From Alphaproteobacteria bacterium (GTDB lineage Bacteria; Pseudomonadota; Alphaproteobacteria; CALKHQ01): a DNA stretch of 64,000 bases. Shown here in pieces: positions 39,916 through 50,260 of the stretch. The stretch covers positions 2,816,001-2,880,000 of the forward strand of contig CBDDFZ010000001.1 of the NCBI GenBank assembly GCA_965227515.1. The letters are read 5' to 3'. The position numbers were made by a program, and so were the translations under genes. Under the pieces are notes generated by a model, which was not told where the DNA came from, searched no databases, and was given only the letters and a program-made list of their open reading frames with translations. Positions within the stretch are counted from its first letter, which is position 1, and each line of letters starts with the position of its first letter.

Positions 39916-40656
39916 ATGTTCGAATTGACGGGTCGTACGGCGCTGGTCACCGGCGCCACCGGAGACATTGGCGGCGCGATTGCCCGAGCACTGGCCAACC
40001 AGGGTGCCCGCGTGGTGCTGACCGGCCGCCGGCAGGACGCGCTGGACGCACTGGCCGGCGAGCTTGGCGACAGCGCCGTGGCGATTGCCGGCGACCTTGC
40101 CAGCGCGGACGGTGTTGCGGCCCTGGCCGCGGCGGCGGACGAGGCCGCGGAGAACGGCATCGACATCCTGGTCAACAACGCCGGGTTCGCGCGCGACGGG
40201 CTGAGTATGCGCATGAGCGACGAGGACTGGGCGGCGGTGATGGAAGTGAACTTGGCCGCCTGCTTCCGGCTGACCCGCGCCATGCTGCGTGGCATGATGA
40301 AACGGCGCTATGGGCGCATCGTGTCCATCTCGTCCATCGTCGGCCAGACCGGCAATCCCGGCCAGGCCAACTACGCGGCGTCCAAGGCCGGCCTGATCGG
40401 CATGTCGAAGTCGATCGCGGCGGAGGTCGCCAGCCGGGGCATCACCGTGAACTGCGTGGCGCCGGGCATGATCTCCGGCCGCATGACCGACGAGATCGGC
40501 GAGGCGGCCAAGGCGCGGATGCACGAGTCGATCCCGATGGGCCGGATGGGCGCGGTCGAGGAGATCGCGGCGGCGGTCGCGTTCCTGGCCAGCAACGAGG
40601 CATCCTACGTCACCGGCCACACGCTCAGCGTGAATGGCGGCATGGCGATGCTGTAG
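39916..40656 (+). CDS. fabG: 3-oxoacyl-ACP reductase
   Basis: TGATGDIG, NNAG and GQANYAASK; fab synteny. Confidence 0.96.
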   Translation: MFELTGRTALVTGATGDIGGAIARALANQGARVVLTGRRQDALDALAGELGDSAVAIAGDLASADGVAALAAAADEAAENGIDILVNNAGFARDGLSMRMSDEDWAAVMEVNLAACFRLTRAMLRGMMKRRYGRIVSISSIVGQTGNPGQANYAASKAGLIGMSKSIAAEVASRGITVNCVAPGMISGRMTDEIGEAAKARMHESIPMGRMGAVEEIAAAVAFLASNEASYVTGHTLSVNGGMAML

Positions 40657-40908
40657 GGTGAATGGGGCGAGACGGGCCGTGAGAGCCGCATCCGAATTGC
40701 CGATCAGAGACTTGCGCAGAATGATGGTGGGTGGTAAGGCCGATCTCCGCACAGGATTTGGCCAGCCGGAAACATCACTCCGGCCGTGGGCGGCCGGCAC
40801 GCGTTATGGTCAGTTTGTGTTGGACGGCGTAAGCTTCACAGGTTGCGTCGCCCGAATGGAAACGCCAACCTTGGTATCTGCCACCAAATTGGGAGTGGGG
40901 AACTGCAC

Positions 40909-41145
40909 ATGAGTGATGTTGCCGATCGCGTCAAGAAGATCGTTGTCGAACACTTGGGCGTCGACGAGGGAAAAGTAACGGAATCCGCGAGTTTCATTGA
41001 CGACCTCGGCGCCGACAGCTTGGATACGGTCGAATTGGTCATGGCGTTCGAGGAAGAATTTGGTGTTGAGATCCCTGACGATGCGGCGGAGAAGATCGTC
41101 ACCGTCAAGGATGCTATTGATTTCATCCAGGAAAACGCCAATTAA
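40909..41145 (+). CDS. acpP: Acyl carrier protein
   Basis: [20 protein letters not shown]. Confidence 0.98.
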   Translation: MSDVADRVKKIVVEHLGVDEGKVTESASFIDDLGADSLDTVELVMAFEEEFGVEIPDDAAEKIVTVKDAIDFIQENAN

Positions 41146-41231
41146 CGCGGCTAACTGACAATGGGCACGCTTGCCCTGCCTGCTTTCCGCCCCCGCGCTT
41201 TGGCAGCCGGGGCGGCAAGGGCGATTGGACG

Positions 41232-42494
41232 ATGAGACGCGTTGTCGTTACCGGAATGGGTGTGGTTACGCCGCTCGGGGTCGGACTCGACCAGAACTGG
41301 CGGCGGCTGACCAATGCCGAATCGGGCGTGCGCGCGATCGAGCACTTCGATGTCGCCGACATGCCGGCGCGGATCGCGGGCCAGATCACGCGCGGCACGG
41401 GTGAGGGCGAATTCGATCCCGACGCCTACATGACCTACAAGGACCAGCGCCAGGTCGACGACTTCCTGCTCTACGGCTTCAGCGCCGCCACGATGGCGGT
41501 GGCGGACTCCGGCTGGGAGGCCGAGACCGAGGAGCAGCAGAACCGGACCGGCGTGATGATCGGGTCCGGTATCGGCGGGCTGGAGACCATTTGCGACGGC
41601 GCGATCACGCTCAGGGACAAGGGCCCGCGGCGCGTTACGCCGCACTTCATCCCGGCGGCGCTGATCAATCTGGTGTCGGGCCGGGTGTCGATTCGCTTCG
41701 GCTTCCGCGGTCCCAATCATTCCGCGGTGACCGCATGCGCCACCGGTGCCCATGCCATTGGCGATGCCGCCCGCCTGATCATGTGGGACGATGCCGACGT
41801 CATGGTTGCCGGCGGTGCAGAGGCGGCGATCTGCCGGATCGGGCTGGCCGGGTTCGCGGCCTGCCGTGCGCTGTCCACCGGCTACAACGACACGCCGCAG
41901 GAGGCATCGCGCCCCTGGGACCAGGGGCGGGACGGCTTCGTGATGGGCGAGGGCGCCGGTATCGTGGTGCTGGAGGAGTTAGAGCACGCCAAGAAGCGCG
42001 GCGCCAACATCTATGCCGAAATAGTCGGCTATGGCCTGTCGGGCGATGCCAACCACATCACCGCACCGGCCGAGGACGGCAATGGCGCGGTGCGTGCCAT
42101 GCAGGCCGCCCTGAAGCGCGCGGAGATCGACGCCAGCGAGATCGGCTACATCAACGCCCATGCCACGTCGACGCCGCTGGGCGACGATGTCGAGTTGCGG
42201 GCCATGCGGACCGTGTTCGGCAACCACGCCGGCAGCGTGATGGTCTCCTCGACCAAGTCGGCAATCGGCCACCTTCTGGGGGCGGCCGGCAGCGTCGAGG
42301 CGATCTACACCATCCTGGCCCTGCAACGCGGCACGGCGCCGCCCACGCTGAACCTTGCCGACCCGTCGCCGGAAGCCGGCGGGTTCGACCTGGTGCCCCA
42401 TCAGGCACGCGAGGGCAAGTTCTCGTATGCGATGTCCAACGCCTTCGGCTTCGGCGGCACCAATACGTCGCTGATATTCAGCGCGGCCGCCTGA
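41232..42494 (+). CDS. fabF: Beta-ketoacyl-ACP synthase II
   Basis: TACATG, NAHATST and GHLLGAAG. Confidence 0.98.
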   Translation: MRRVVVTGMGVVTPLGVGLDQNWRRLTNAESGVRAIEHFDVADMPARIAGQITRGTGEGEFDPDAYMTYKDQRQVDDFLLYGFSAATMAVADSGWEAETEEQQNRTGVMIGSGIGGLETICDGAITLRDKGPRRVTPHFIPAALINLVSGRVSIRFGFRGPNHSAVTACATGAHAIGDAARLIMWDDADVMVAGGAEAAICRIGLAGFAACRALSTGYNDTPQEASRPWDQGRDGFVMGEGAGIVVLEELEHAKKRGANIYAEIVGYGLSGDANHITAPAEDGNGAVRAMQAALKRAEIDASEIGYINAHATSTPLGDDVELRAMRTVFGNHAGSVMVSSTKSAIGHLLGAAGSVEAIYTILALQRGTAPPTLNLADPSPEAGGFDLVPHQAREGKFSYAMSNAFGFGGTNTSLIFSAAA

Positions 42495-42607
42495 GCGGGC
42501 GGACCCCACCGGCAGGCGGCCGGTGGACGCGGGAGAGGCCGGACGGGGAACGCCCAGTAGGCTGCTAACAGTAGACGCTGAGGCGCAAGGTTCCGGAGAC
42601 GACAGGT

Positions 42608-43639
42608 ATGGTGAAGTTCCTCGGCCGCCTCATCGGGTTCGTGTTCATTGTCGGGTTGATTGGCGCCGGCGTGCTGGCGTGGGGGCGCGCCCAGTTCACC
42701 GCGCCCGGACCGTTGCAGACGGACACGGTCGTGGTCATCCCGCGCGGCGCGTCGGTGGAGCAGATCGCCGCCGTCCTGGCCCAGGAAGGCGTGATCGACG
42801 ACGGCGACGGCCCGATCAGCATGCGGGTGATCTTCCGCTACGGCGATCGCGCCATGCGCTTTTTCGCCGAGGAGGGCGCGCCTGTGAACATGCGGGCCGG
42901 CGAGTACAATATTCCCGCCGAGGCCAGTGCACAGGAAGTCCGCCAGATCCTGATCGACGGCAACGCGGTCGAACGGCGCTTTACCGCGCCGGAGGGCTTC
43001 ACCTCGCGCCAGATCGTGGCCCAGTTGGCGGAAACCGAGGGCCTGACCGGGGAGGTGACGGAGGTCCCGCCCGAGGGCTCGCTGTTGCCCGAGACCTTCT
43101 ATTTCCAGTTCGGCGATTCGCGTCAGTCGATGCTCGAGCGGATGGCGGCGGCGATGGACGACCTGGCCGAGGAGGCCTGGCCGAACCGCGCCGAGGGCCT
43201 GGCGATCGAGACCTGGGACGAGGCCGTGATCCTGGCTTCCATCGTGCAGGAGGAAGCCGGCAACCTGCAGGAGATGCCCCGCATCGCGGGCGTGTTCTAC
43301 AACCGCCTGAACGGCGGCATGCGCCTGCAGGCCGACGCGACGGTCGAGTACGGCATCACCCTGGGCGAGGGGCCGCTGGGCCGTGGGTTGCTGCGCTCCG
43401 AACTGGAAGACCCAACGCCCTACAACACATACCTGATCGACGGCCTGCCGCCGACGCCGATAGCCAATCCGGGGGCCGATGCGATCCGTGCCGTGCTGCA
43501 CCCGGCCACCCATGACGAGCTCTATTTCGTTGCCGACGGCACCGGCGGCCACGCCTTCGCCGTCACCCTGGAAGAGCACGAGCGCAATGTGGCGCGCTGG
43601 CGCGAGATCGAGGCGGCGCGCAACGGCAACGGCGGCTGA
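42608..43639 (+). CDS. mltG: Endolytic transglycosylase MltG
   Basis: LASIVQEE, MRLQADAT and YNTYLIDGLPPTPIANPG. Confidence 0.96.
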   Translation: MVKFLGRLIGFVFIVGLIGAGVLAWGRAQFTAPGPLQTDTVVVIPRGASVEQIAAVLAQEGVIDDGDGPISMRVIFRYGDRAMRFFAEEGAPVNMRAGEYNIPAEASAQEVRQILIDGNAVERRFTAPEGFTSRQIVAQLAETEGLTGEVTEVPPEGSLLPETFYFQFGDSRQSMLERMAAAMDDLAEEAWPNRAEGLAIETWDEAVILASIVQEEAGNLQEMPRIAGVFYNRLNGGMRLQADATVEYGITLGEGPLGRGLLRSELEDPTPYNTYLIDGLPPTPIANPGADAIRAVLHPATHDELYFVADGTGGHAFAVTLEEHERNVARWREIEAARNGNGG

Positions 43640-43710
43640 GGCTCGGTCTCTGCATGCTTGAGGTCATGGCTCGGTTCGAGGCGAGGTCGCTCGGCATCCA
43701 AAAATGTTCC

Positions 43711-43884
43711 GTCGCCCTCGGTCTTGTGCCGAGGGTCCACTTTTGTCCAATAAATCAACGCATTAATCTGGTTTCTTATCGCCTGCGGCGGGCGACCAAT
43801 ATTGTTTGACCCATGCCATCTGTTTCGCTTGGCTTGACCTGATCTGTCTCGCAAATGGACCCTCGCGACAAGCGCGAGGGTGAC
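43711..43884. repeat. REP-IHF-spacer-REP module, copy 2 (174 bp, opposite orientation)
   Basis: REPs at 43711-43739 and 43856-43884; perfect IHF consensus AATCAACGCATTA at 43753-43765. Confidence 0.85.
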
Positions 43885-43939
43885 GATTATTCTTATCTCG
43901 GTGCATCAGGGCAGCTGCCATCAACTTCTATGAGTTGGC

Positions 43940-44065
43940 TAGATCGGGATCAGCTTTCGCTGAATCTGAGCCAGCCCTCTCACCCACCTGGCCACCCAGC
44001 AGGATACTCTCGTGGGTGGCCGGGTGGGGGAGAGGGCCGGTGCCGACTTAAGTGATCATGCTCTA
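43940..44065. repeat. Short TAGA...TCTA palindromic element with long internal hairpin
   Basis: TAGATCGGGATCA vs reverse complement TAGAGCATGATCA, CTAG at both ends; hairpin GCCCTCTC...GAGAGGGC at 43974-44037. Confidence 0.65.
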
Positions 44066-44210
44066 GGCCAACGCCCGAGTCTACGACCCCTGCGGTCATT
44101 GCCTGGTAACCGGCAAGGCGGTAGGGTCGGGCCCATCGTCGGTGCCGATCCCCTTGCGGAGTCGCCGGCGCCCCGTCCGTTACCCTCGACCAACATCCGT
44201 GGCGGTACAG

Positions 44211-45116
44211 ATGGCCCTGTCCAGCATGACCGGATTTGCCCGCGTCGCCTCTGAGGCGGCGCGCCGCGCGCCCGAGTGGCCCGGCTGGGTGTGGGAGGTG
44301 CGCAGCGTGAACCACCGGGGGCTGGACATGCGCGTGCGGCTGCCGAGCGGCATGGATCGGCTGGAACCGGAAGTGCGCAAGCGGCTGCAGGCCGCGTTCG
44401 CCAGGGGCTCGGTCCAGGTGACCTTGAGCCTGGGGCGCGCCAAGGTGCAGCGCCAGCTCAACGTGAACTGGGAGATGCTGGACCAGGTGCTGTCGCTGCA
44501 GGAGCGGCTTGGCGACAAGGTGGCGGACGAGAAGCCCACGCTGGCGGGCTTGCTGGCGATCAGGGGCGTGATCGACGACGAAGCCGGCGGCGAGGACGGC
44601 GAGGTCGTGGACGACGCGCTGGCCACCGCGATGCTGGAGGACTTCTCGAAGACCGTGGAGACGCTGGCCGCCTCGCGGGCGGCCGAAGGCGCGCGGTTGG
44701 AAAAGGTGATCGCCGGCCATCTCGACGAGATCGGGCGGCTGACCGGCGAAGCCGCGGCTGCAGCGGCCGCGCAGGGCAGTGCGATTCATGCGCGCTTGCT
44801 GGCGCAGATCGCCGAGTTGCGCGCCGACGGCGCCGACATGCCGGAGGACCGCCTGGCGCAAGAGGTTGCGCTGCTGGTCGCCAAGGCTGACGTGCGCGAG
44901 GAGATCGACCGCCTGGCGGGCCATGTCGAGGCCGGCCGGGCGCTGCTGGACGAGGGGGGCGCTATCGGCCGCCGGCTGGACTTCCTGTGTCAGGAGTTCA
45001 ACCGCGAGGCCAATACGGTCTGCTCGAAGTCGTCCGACATGGCGCTGACACGCGTCGGGCTGGCGCTGAAAACCAGCATCGACCAGTTGCGCGAGCAAGT
45101 GCAGAACCTGGAATAG
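44211..45116 (+). CDS. yicC: YicC/YloC family endoribonuclease
   Basis: SMTGFAR, EVRSVNHRGLD, DVREEIDRL and QEFNREANT. Confidence 0.96.
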   Translation: MALSSMTGFARVASEAARRAPEWPGWVWEVRSVNHRGLDMRVRLPSGMDRLEPEVRKRLQAAFARGSVQVTLSLGRAKVQRQLNVNWEMLDQVLSLQERLGDKVADEKPTLAGLLAIRGVIDDEAGGEDGEVVDDALATAMLEDFSKTVETLAASRAAEGARLEKVIAGHLDEIGRLTGEAAAAAAAQGSAIHARLLAQIAELRADGADMPEDRLAQEVALLVAKADVREEIDRLAGHVEAGRALLDEGGAIGRRLDFLCQEFNREANTVCSKSSDMALTRVGLALKTSIDQLREQVQNLE

Positions 45117-45130
45117 GCCTGGATGCGAGC

Positions 45131-45841
45131 ATGAGTGAGCGGCAACCAGCGGCTATGGCGCCCGGCGCGCATGGCACCGACGTGTCGGCCCCCGATACCG
45201 GCGCGGGCGACATCCGGATCGCGCGCCGCGGCCTGATGCTCGTGCTGTCGTCGCCGTCCGGTGCCGGCAAGACCTCGATCTCCCGCGCGCTGCTGGACAG
45301 CGACCCGAACCTGGAACTGTCGATCTCGGTGACCACCCGCGCGAAGCGGCCCGGAGAGGTCGCCGGCTCGCACTACCATTTCATCAGCGCCGACGAGTTC
45401 GGCCTGATGGTCAACCGGGACGAGTTGCTGGAGCACGCCAAAGTGTTCGGCCACTACTACGGCACGCCCCGGTCGGCGGTGGAGGAGGCGCTGGCGGGCG
45501 GGCGCGACGTCATATTCGATATCGACTGGCAGGGCACGCAGCAGATCGCGGAGCGCGCGCGCGACGACCTGGTCAGTGTGTTCATCCTGCCGCCGTCGAC
45601 CCGCGAGCTTGAGCGCAGGCTGCGCACCCGTGCTCAGGACTCCGACAAGATCGTCGCCGAGCGGATGGCCAAGGCGTCCGACGAGATGAGCCACTACGCC
45701 GAGTACGACTACATCGTGGTCAACTCGGATTTCGAGCGCAGCGTGGAGGCGGTGCGCGCCATCCTGGCGGCCGAACGGCTGAAGCGGCACCGGCGCGTCG
45801 GCCTGGGCGACTTCGTCAAGGCCCTGCGCGCCGGCCAGTAG
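45131..45841 (+). CDS. gmk: Guanylate kinase
   Basis: SPSGAGKT, YYGTP and DIDWQG; start uncertain. Confidence 0.96.
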   Translation: MSERQPAAMAPGAHGTDVSAPDTGAGDIRIARRGLMLVLSSPSGAGKTSISRALLDSDPNLELSISVTTRAKRPGEVAGSHYHFISADEFGLMVNRDELLEHAKVFGHYYGTPRSAVEEALAGGRDVIFDIDWQGTQQIAERARDDLVSVFILPPSTRELERRLRTRAQDSDKIVAERMAKASDEMSHYAEYDYIVVNSDFERSVEAVRAILAAERLKRHRRVGLGDFVKALRAGQ

Positions 45842-45844
45842 AGC

Positions 45845-46708
45845 CTAAGACGCTCCCCCGCGCAGCTGCTCGAGCGCCCGGGCGATCGCACACATCCCGG
45901 CCACATCCACGGTCTCGGCGCGGGCGGTCGGGGCCACGCCTGCCTCGGCCAGCAGCGCTTCCGTGTCGACGCGGAGCTGCTTCAGGCTACTGCGCAGCAT
46001 CTTCCGGCGCTGCCCGAAGGCGGCCGCGGTGACCTCCTGCAGCAACCCGGTATCGGCGGGTGCCAGCGGCGCCGCACGGGGCACGAGCTGGACCACGCTT
46101 GACGTCACCTTGGGCGGCGGCACGAAGGCCGCGGCGGGCAGGTCGAACACACGCCGCACCTCGCACAGCCATTGCGTCAGGATGGACAGGCGGCCATAGG
46201 CGCGGCCGCCGCACGCGGCGGTCAGGCGGTCGGCGACCTCGCGCTGGAACATCAGCGTCATGCTGGCGATGTCGCCGATACGCTGTAGCCAGCCGATCAG
46301 CAGCGGGGTCGAAATGTTGTAGGGCAGGTTCGCCACGATCCGCCTGGGGGCGGGGCCGGCATCGGCAATGTCATAGGCCAGCGCATCGCCGGACACGATG
46401 GCCAGCCGTCCCGTGGCGGCCTCGGCCAGATCCTGCAATGCCGCGACACAGCGCGCATCGCGCTCCACCGCCACGATGCGCGCGGCGGAGGTGGCGAGCA
46501 GGGCGCGGGTCAGCCCGCCCGGGCCGGGGCCGACCTCCACCACCGTCTCGCCGTCCTCGATGCCGGCGGACCGCGCGATCTTGGCGCAGATGTTCTGGTC
46601 GAGCAGGAAGTGCTGGCCCAGGCCGTGGCGCGCACCCAACTGATGCCGCGCGATGACGTCGCGCAACGGAGGCAGGGCGTCGAGCCATGTCTCGGCCCCG
46701 GCCGACAT
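45845..46708 (-). CDS. rsmA: 16S rRNA dimethyladenosine transferase
   Basis: LGQHFL, EVGPGPG, ANLPYNI and FVPPPKV. Confidence 0.97.
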   Translation of the reverse strand: MSAGAETWLDALPPLRDVIARHQLGARHGLGQHFLLDQNICAKIARSAGIEDGETVVEVGPGPGGLTRALLATSAARIVAVERDARCVAALQDLAEAATGRLAIVSGDALAYDIADAGPAPRRIVANLPYNISTPLLIGWLQRIGDIASMTLMFQREVADRLTAACGGRAYGRLSILTQWLCEVRRVFDLPAAAFVPPPKVTSSVVQLVPRAAPLAPADTGLLQEVTAAAFGQRRKMLRSSLKQLRVDTEALLAEAGVAPTARAETVDVAGMCAIARALEQLRGGAS

Positions 46709-46723
46709 TCGTCGTCGGTCCGA

Positions 46724-48040
46724 TCAGACCCTGATGTCGATGAACGCGGTCTGGCGCAGATCCCGCAACAGGCGCTGCGACAGCAGCTCCAGTTTCTCGC
46801 GGAACAGGTCGTCGCGAATCTCGTCGCGCGCTGGCAGCGCACCCTGCGGCGCATTGCGGTCGCACACCACGTAGACGCGCACCGAATCGTCCGCCTGGAT
46901 CGGCGTGCTTGGCTGGTCGATGGACAGGGTCTCGAACAGACTGCGCTGTGCCTCGGTCAGGCTGCTGACCGGACGGTTCGTCACCTGGTCGCCCAGCCCC
47001 AGGCCGAGCTCTTCGGCAATGACCGCGAAGTCGTCGCAGCCAGTGGCAAGCTCGGCAACGGTCTGGGCAAGGTCGATCTGGCTCTTCCGCTCGGCCGGGC
47101 TCATATCAGGCGACAGCGGCAGGGCGATCTCGCGGTACGCCACGGTGACATCGCCGGGCGACGGGCCGGTCAGCGCCTCACGCTCGACCAGTGCGATGAT
47201 GGTGTAGCCGCTGACGCCACGGATCGGTGAAGACACCTCGCCGACCGACAGCGTCGACAGCACATCGTCGATGGCGGGTTCCAGCTCGCCGGCAAACACG
47301 AAGCCCAGATCGCCGCCCACCGCGGCGGTCGCGCTTTGCGAGAACTGACGGGCCAACGCCTGGAACGATGCGCCGCGCCCCAGCTCCTGCAGCAATCCGT
47401 TGGCGGTCGCGCGGACATCTTCCTCGTCGGCGGGATTGTCGACGGCAAGGAAAATCTCCGCCACCCGATACCGGGTCGAGCCCTGGTTGGCGGCGATGCG
47501 GCCGAGAACCTCGTCGATCTCGTCCTCGGAAATCTCCACGGTCGGCGCCAGGCGCAGGGCCTGCAGCTTCTGCCAGCGCAACTCGGCATTGATGCGGTCG
47601 AGCAGGGCCGAATAGGGCACGCCAATGCTCTCGATCGCGGTCTGGAGCTGTCCGGCGGGGATGTTGTTGTTCGACTCCAACTCGGCCAAACCGGCGGCCA
47701 GCTCCGACTCCTCAACCTGGATGCCCAGGCGCACCGCTTCCTGTTCCTGCAGGCGTTCGTCGATCAGTTGGCGCAGGATCTGGGGCGCCAGTCGTTGCTG
47801 GGTCTCCTGGTCGGCAGGCAGGCCCGATGTGCGGATGATCAGCTGCAAGCGAACGATCACGTCGAATTCTGTGACGATGTCGTTGTTCACCACCGCGGCG
47901 ATGCGCAGGCTTTGCTGCGCCATGGCCGCGTGCGGCAGCGCGGTTGCCAGCAGCGCCAGCGCAACGGCGGCACACGCCGCCAACCGGCCAAGGGAAGGGA
48001 TCAGGCATACCTGCATAAGTGAACGCATTTCGCTCGCCAT
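46724..48040 (-). CDS. surA: SurA-type peptidylprolyl isomerase/chaperone
   Basis: IAAVVNNDIVT and FQALARQFS...GGDLG; downstream of lptD. Confidence 0.92.
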   Translation of the reverse strand: MASEMRSLMQVCLIPSLGRLAACAAVALALLATALPHAAMAQQSLRIAAVVNNDIVTEFDVIVRLQLIIRTSGLPADQETQQRLAPQILRQLIDERLQEQEAVRLGIQVEESELAAGLAELESNNNIPAGQLQTAIESIGVPYSALLDRINAELRWQKLQALRLAPTVEISEDEIDEVLGRIAANQGSTRYRVAEIFLAVDNPADEEDVRATANGLLQELGRGASFQALARQFSQSATAAVGGDLGFVFAGELEPAIDDVLSTLSVGEVSSPIRGVSGYTIIALVEREALTGPSPGDVTVAYREIALPLSPDMSPAERKSQIDLAQTVAELATGCDDFAVIAEELGLGLGDQVTNRPVSSLTEAQRSLFETLSIDQPSTPIQADDSVRVYVVCDRNAPQGALPARDEIRDDLFREKLELLSQRLLRDLRQTAFIDIRV

Positions 48041-48046
48041 CGTGTC

Positions 48047-50260
48047 TTAGAAACTGAATTCGCCCAGGGTCTTCAAGGCGACGCGGAAGATCAGCGTGTC
48101 CGACTGCTGGATCTCGCGATCCTCGAAAAAGTCCCGCACGAATGTGCCGCTGAATATGAAGCACTCGTCCTCGTAGGTCAGGCTGGCATTTGCCGTCCTG
48201 GTCTCGCCCTCATTGAGGTCAAACGTGATACCGCTGCTCAATCGCCATTGATCGTCGATCTGCGACGACAAGTTGGCGACCACCTGTTCGCGGTCGTCGA
48301 ACTCACCGGTCACGTCGCTGCTCTTCAGGAAGACATAGCTCAAATTGCCGCGCAGCGCGGGTGGGCCGAGAGCGAGTTGGATGTCGTGGCGCACAAGGTC
48401 GCCCGAACCGACATCTATCCGGAACCGGTCGACGAAGGTGAAATTGGCGTCCGGACGAATTTCCAGCCTGCCGACAATGTCCGAAAGCTGGTCGGTGACC
48501 CCCGACCCGGTGCGGTAGGATTCATCGGTCTGGACCTGGAAGCTCTGTCCCAGGAACAGGGACGAATAGCCGCCGGACTCGCCCGCCGCCGCCAGGTTGA
48601 GGCCGTAGTTGAAGCGCTGGCCCGGATCGACCGTGTCCTTGCCCGGGAACCGGTTGGCCGCGAACAGGTTGGAGTCGTCCAGGTCGAAGTCGCGGCTGTC
48701 CTCGTCCGGAATGTCCTCCGGATTGTTGCCGAACGGCGCCACCACAACGCCCAGGCGCGGCTCCAGCGTGATCTGGTAGGGCGCCACGTAGCGCACGAGT
48801 GGGTAGCGCCATGTCAGCGACGCCTGCGGGAAGATGCGGCCGGTGAAACCGTCCGGGAACGCTTCGCCGGTCAGTTCATCGACGAAGTCGCGCACGTAGT
48901 ACAGGTCGCCGCGCAGGCTGACATTGAAGTCGTAGAGCTCGCCGATCGACGATGTGTAGGGCAGGTGCCACCCGCCGGCCAAGGACAGGCGCACATTGTC
49001 CGAGCCCTCTTCCTGCCGGAAGATGGTGCGCAGGTCCGCATCCGCGGTCCAGTAGCCGCCCCAATCGTCGAACTCGCTCACGTAGTTGGCCTGCACGTAG
49101 GGGAAGACGAACGGGGTCTCCGCATCGTCGTCCAGTGCGCGCTGGTCGCGATAGGCGTACAAGTCCGCCGACACGTAGCTCTTGCCGTAGAAGCCCTCCA
49201 ACCGCGCGTTCGACGTCAGGATGCTGGACGACGGGAAGCCGTAGAGCCGGCGATATGTGTCGTCGGTCGAAAGCTGAATGTTGTGGCTGGCCCGCCAGTG
49301 CTCGTCGATCGCGTAGGCGCCGAGGAAATCGAGGTGGCCACGGAAGCTGCCTTCCTTGGTGATGCCATCGTCGTCGACCCGGTCGGCAAACGTGGCGCTG
49401 GCATTCAGGTTCAACTCGCCAAAGCTCATGCGTTCGCGGAACTCGGTCGCCAGCACGATGCTCTGCGAGGTTGTCAGGTATGGCTCGATGATGATGTCGG
49501 ACTGATCGTCGATGACGATGTAGACCGGTAATCGCGCGAACCCGCCGAGCTGGGTGTTGTTGCCGAAGGTCGGGGCCAGGATGCCGGTCTTGCGCGCGAT
49601 GTTCGGGCCTGGGTGCTCCAGGTACGGCGTGTACAGCAGCGGAATGCCGAAGAACTCCAGCGTCGCATTGCGGTAGCGCACTTCCTCTTCGACCTGATCG
49701 TAGACCACGCGCTCGGCCTTGATCTGCCACAGCGGCGGGCTGGTGGGATCCTCCTCACAGACGGCGCACGGCGAGTACACGGCCTGGCCAAGCTCGGTGT
49801 AGTTGCCGTCGCGGCGTTGCGCGACGCTGGCGGCAATCCGCGCGTTGTCGCTCAACAGCACGCCCAGATTGGAGATCACGGCGTTCTTCAGGTCGCCGGT
49901 CAACTCGGCGAAATCGGTGAAAATGACCTCGCCCGTCGGCTCCAGCAGGGAAACGTTGCCGCTGGCGGTAACGATGTCGCTGAGCTGGTTGAAGGTCACG
50001 ACATCGGCCAGCACCGTGCGGTCGGCCTGGGTGATCTCCACATTGCCGCGCGCCGTCACGACATCGAGCTGGTCGTCGTATTCCAGATAGTCGGCGACGA
50101 AGGTGACCGGCTGCTCTGCCGAAATGGGCGGCAGCTCGCCATCCTGCGCGTGCACGTGATCCGGCGCCAGCACCGCCGCCCCCGCCAGTGCCAGCAGACC
50201 CGCGAGCCTACCTGTAAGCCTATGTGCCGCCTGCCAAACCATCGTGCCCGAGTCAGCCAT
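48047..50260 (-). CDS. lptD: LPS-assembly protein LptD
   Basis: YSPC..C, PLWQIKA; C-terminal YEDEC...LKTLGEFSF; start 50260 or 50242. Confidence 0.95.
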   Translation of the reverse strand: MADSGTMVWQAAHRLTGRLAGLLALAGAAVLAPDHVHAQDGELPPISAEQPVTFVADYLEYDDQLDVVTARGNVEITQADRTVLADVVTFNQLSDIVTASGNVSLLEPTGEVIFTDFAELTGDLKNAVISNLGVLLSDNARIAASVAQRRDGNYTELGQAVYSPCAVCEEDPTSPPLWQIKAERVVYDQVEEEVRYRNATLEFFGIPLLYTPYLEHPGPNIARKTGILAPTFGNNTQLGGFARLPVYIVIDDQSDIIIEPYLTTSQSIVLATEFRERMSFGELNLNASATFADRVDDDGITKEGSFRGHLDFLGAYAIDEHWRASHNIQLSTDDTYRRLYGFPSSSILTSNARLEGFYGKSYVSADLYAYRDQRALDDDAETPFVFPYVQANYVSEFDDWGGYWTADADLRTIFRQEEGSDNVRLSLAGGWHLPYTSSIGELYDFNVSLRGDLYYVRDFVDELTGEAFPDGFTGRIFPQASLTWRYPLVRYVAPYQITLEPRLGVVVAPFGNNPEDIPDEDSRDFDLDDSNLFAANRFPGKDTVDPGQRFNYGLNLAAAGESGGYSSLFLGQSFQVQTDESYRTGSGVTDQLSDIVGRLEIRPDANFTFVDRFRIDVGSGDLVRHDIQLALGPPALRGNLSYVFLKSSDVTGEFDDREQVVANLSSQIDDQWRLSSGITFDLNEGETRTANASLTYEDECFIFSGTFVRDFFEDREIQQSDTLIFRVALKTLGEFSF

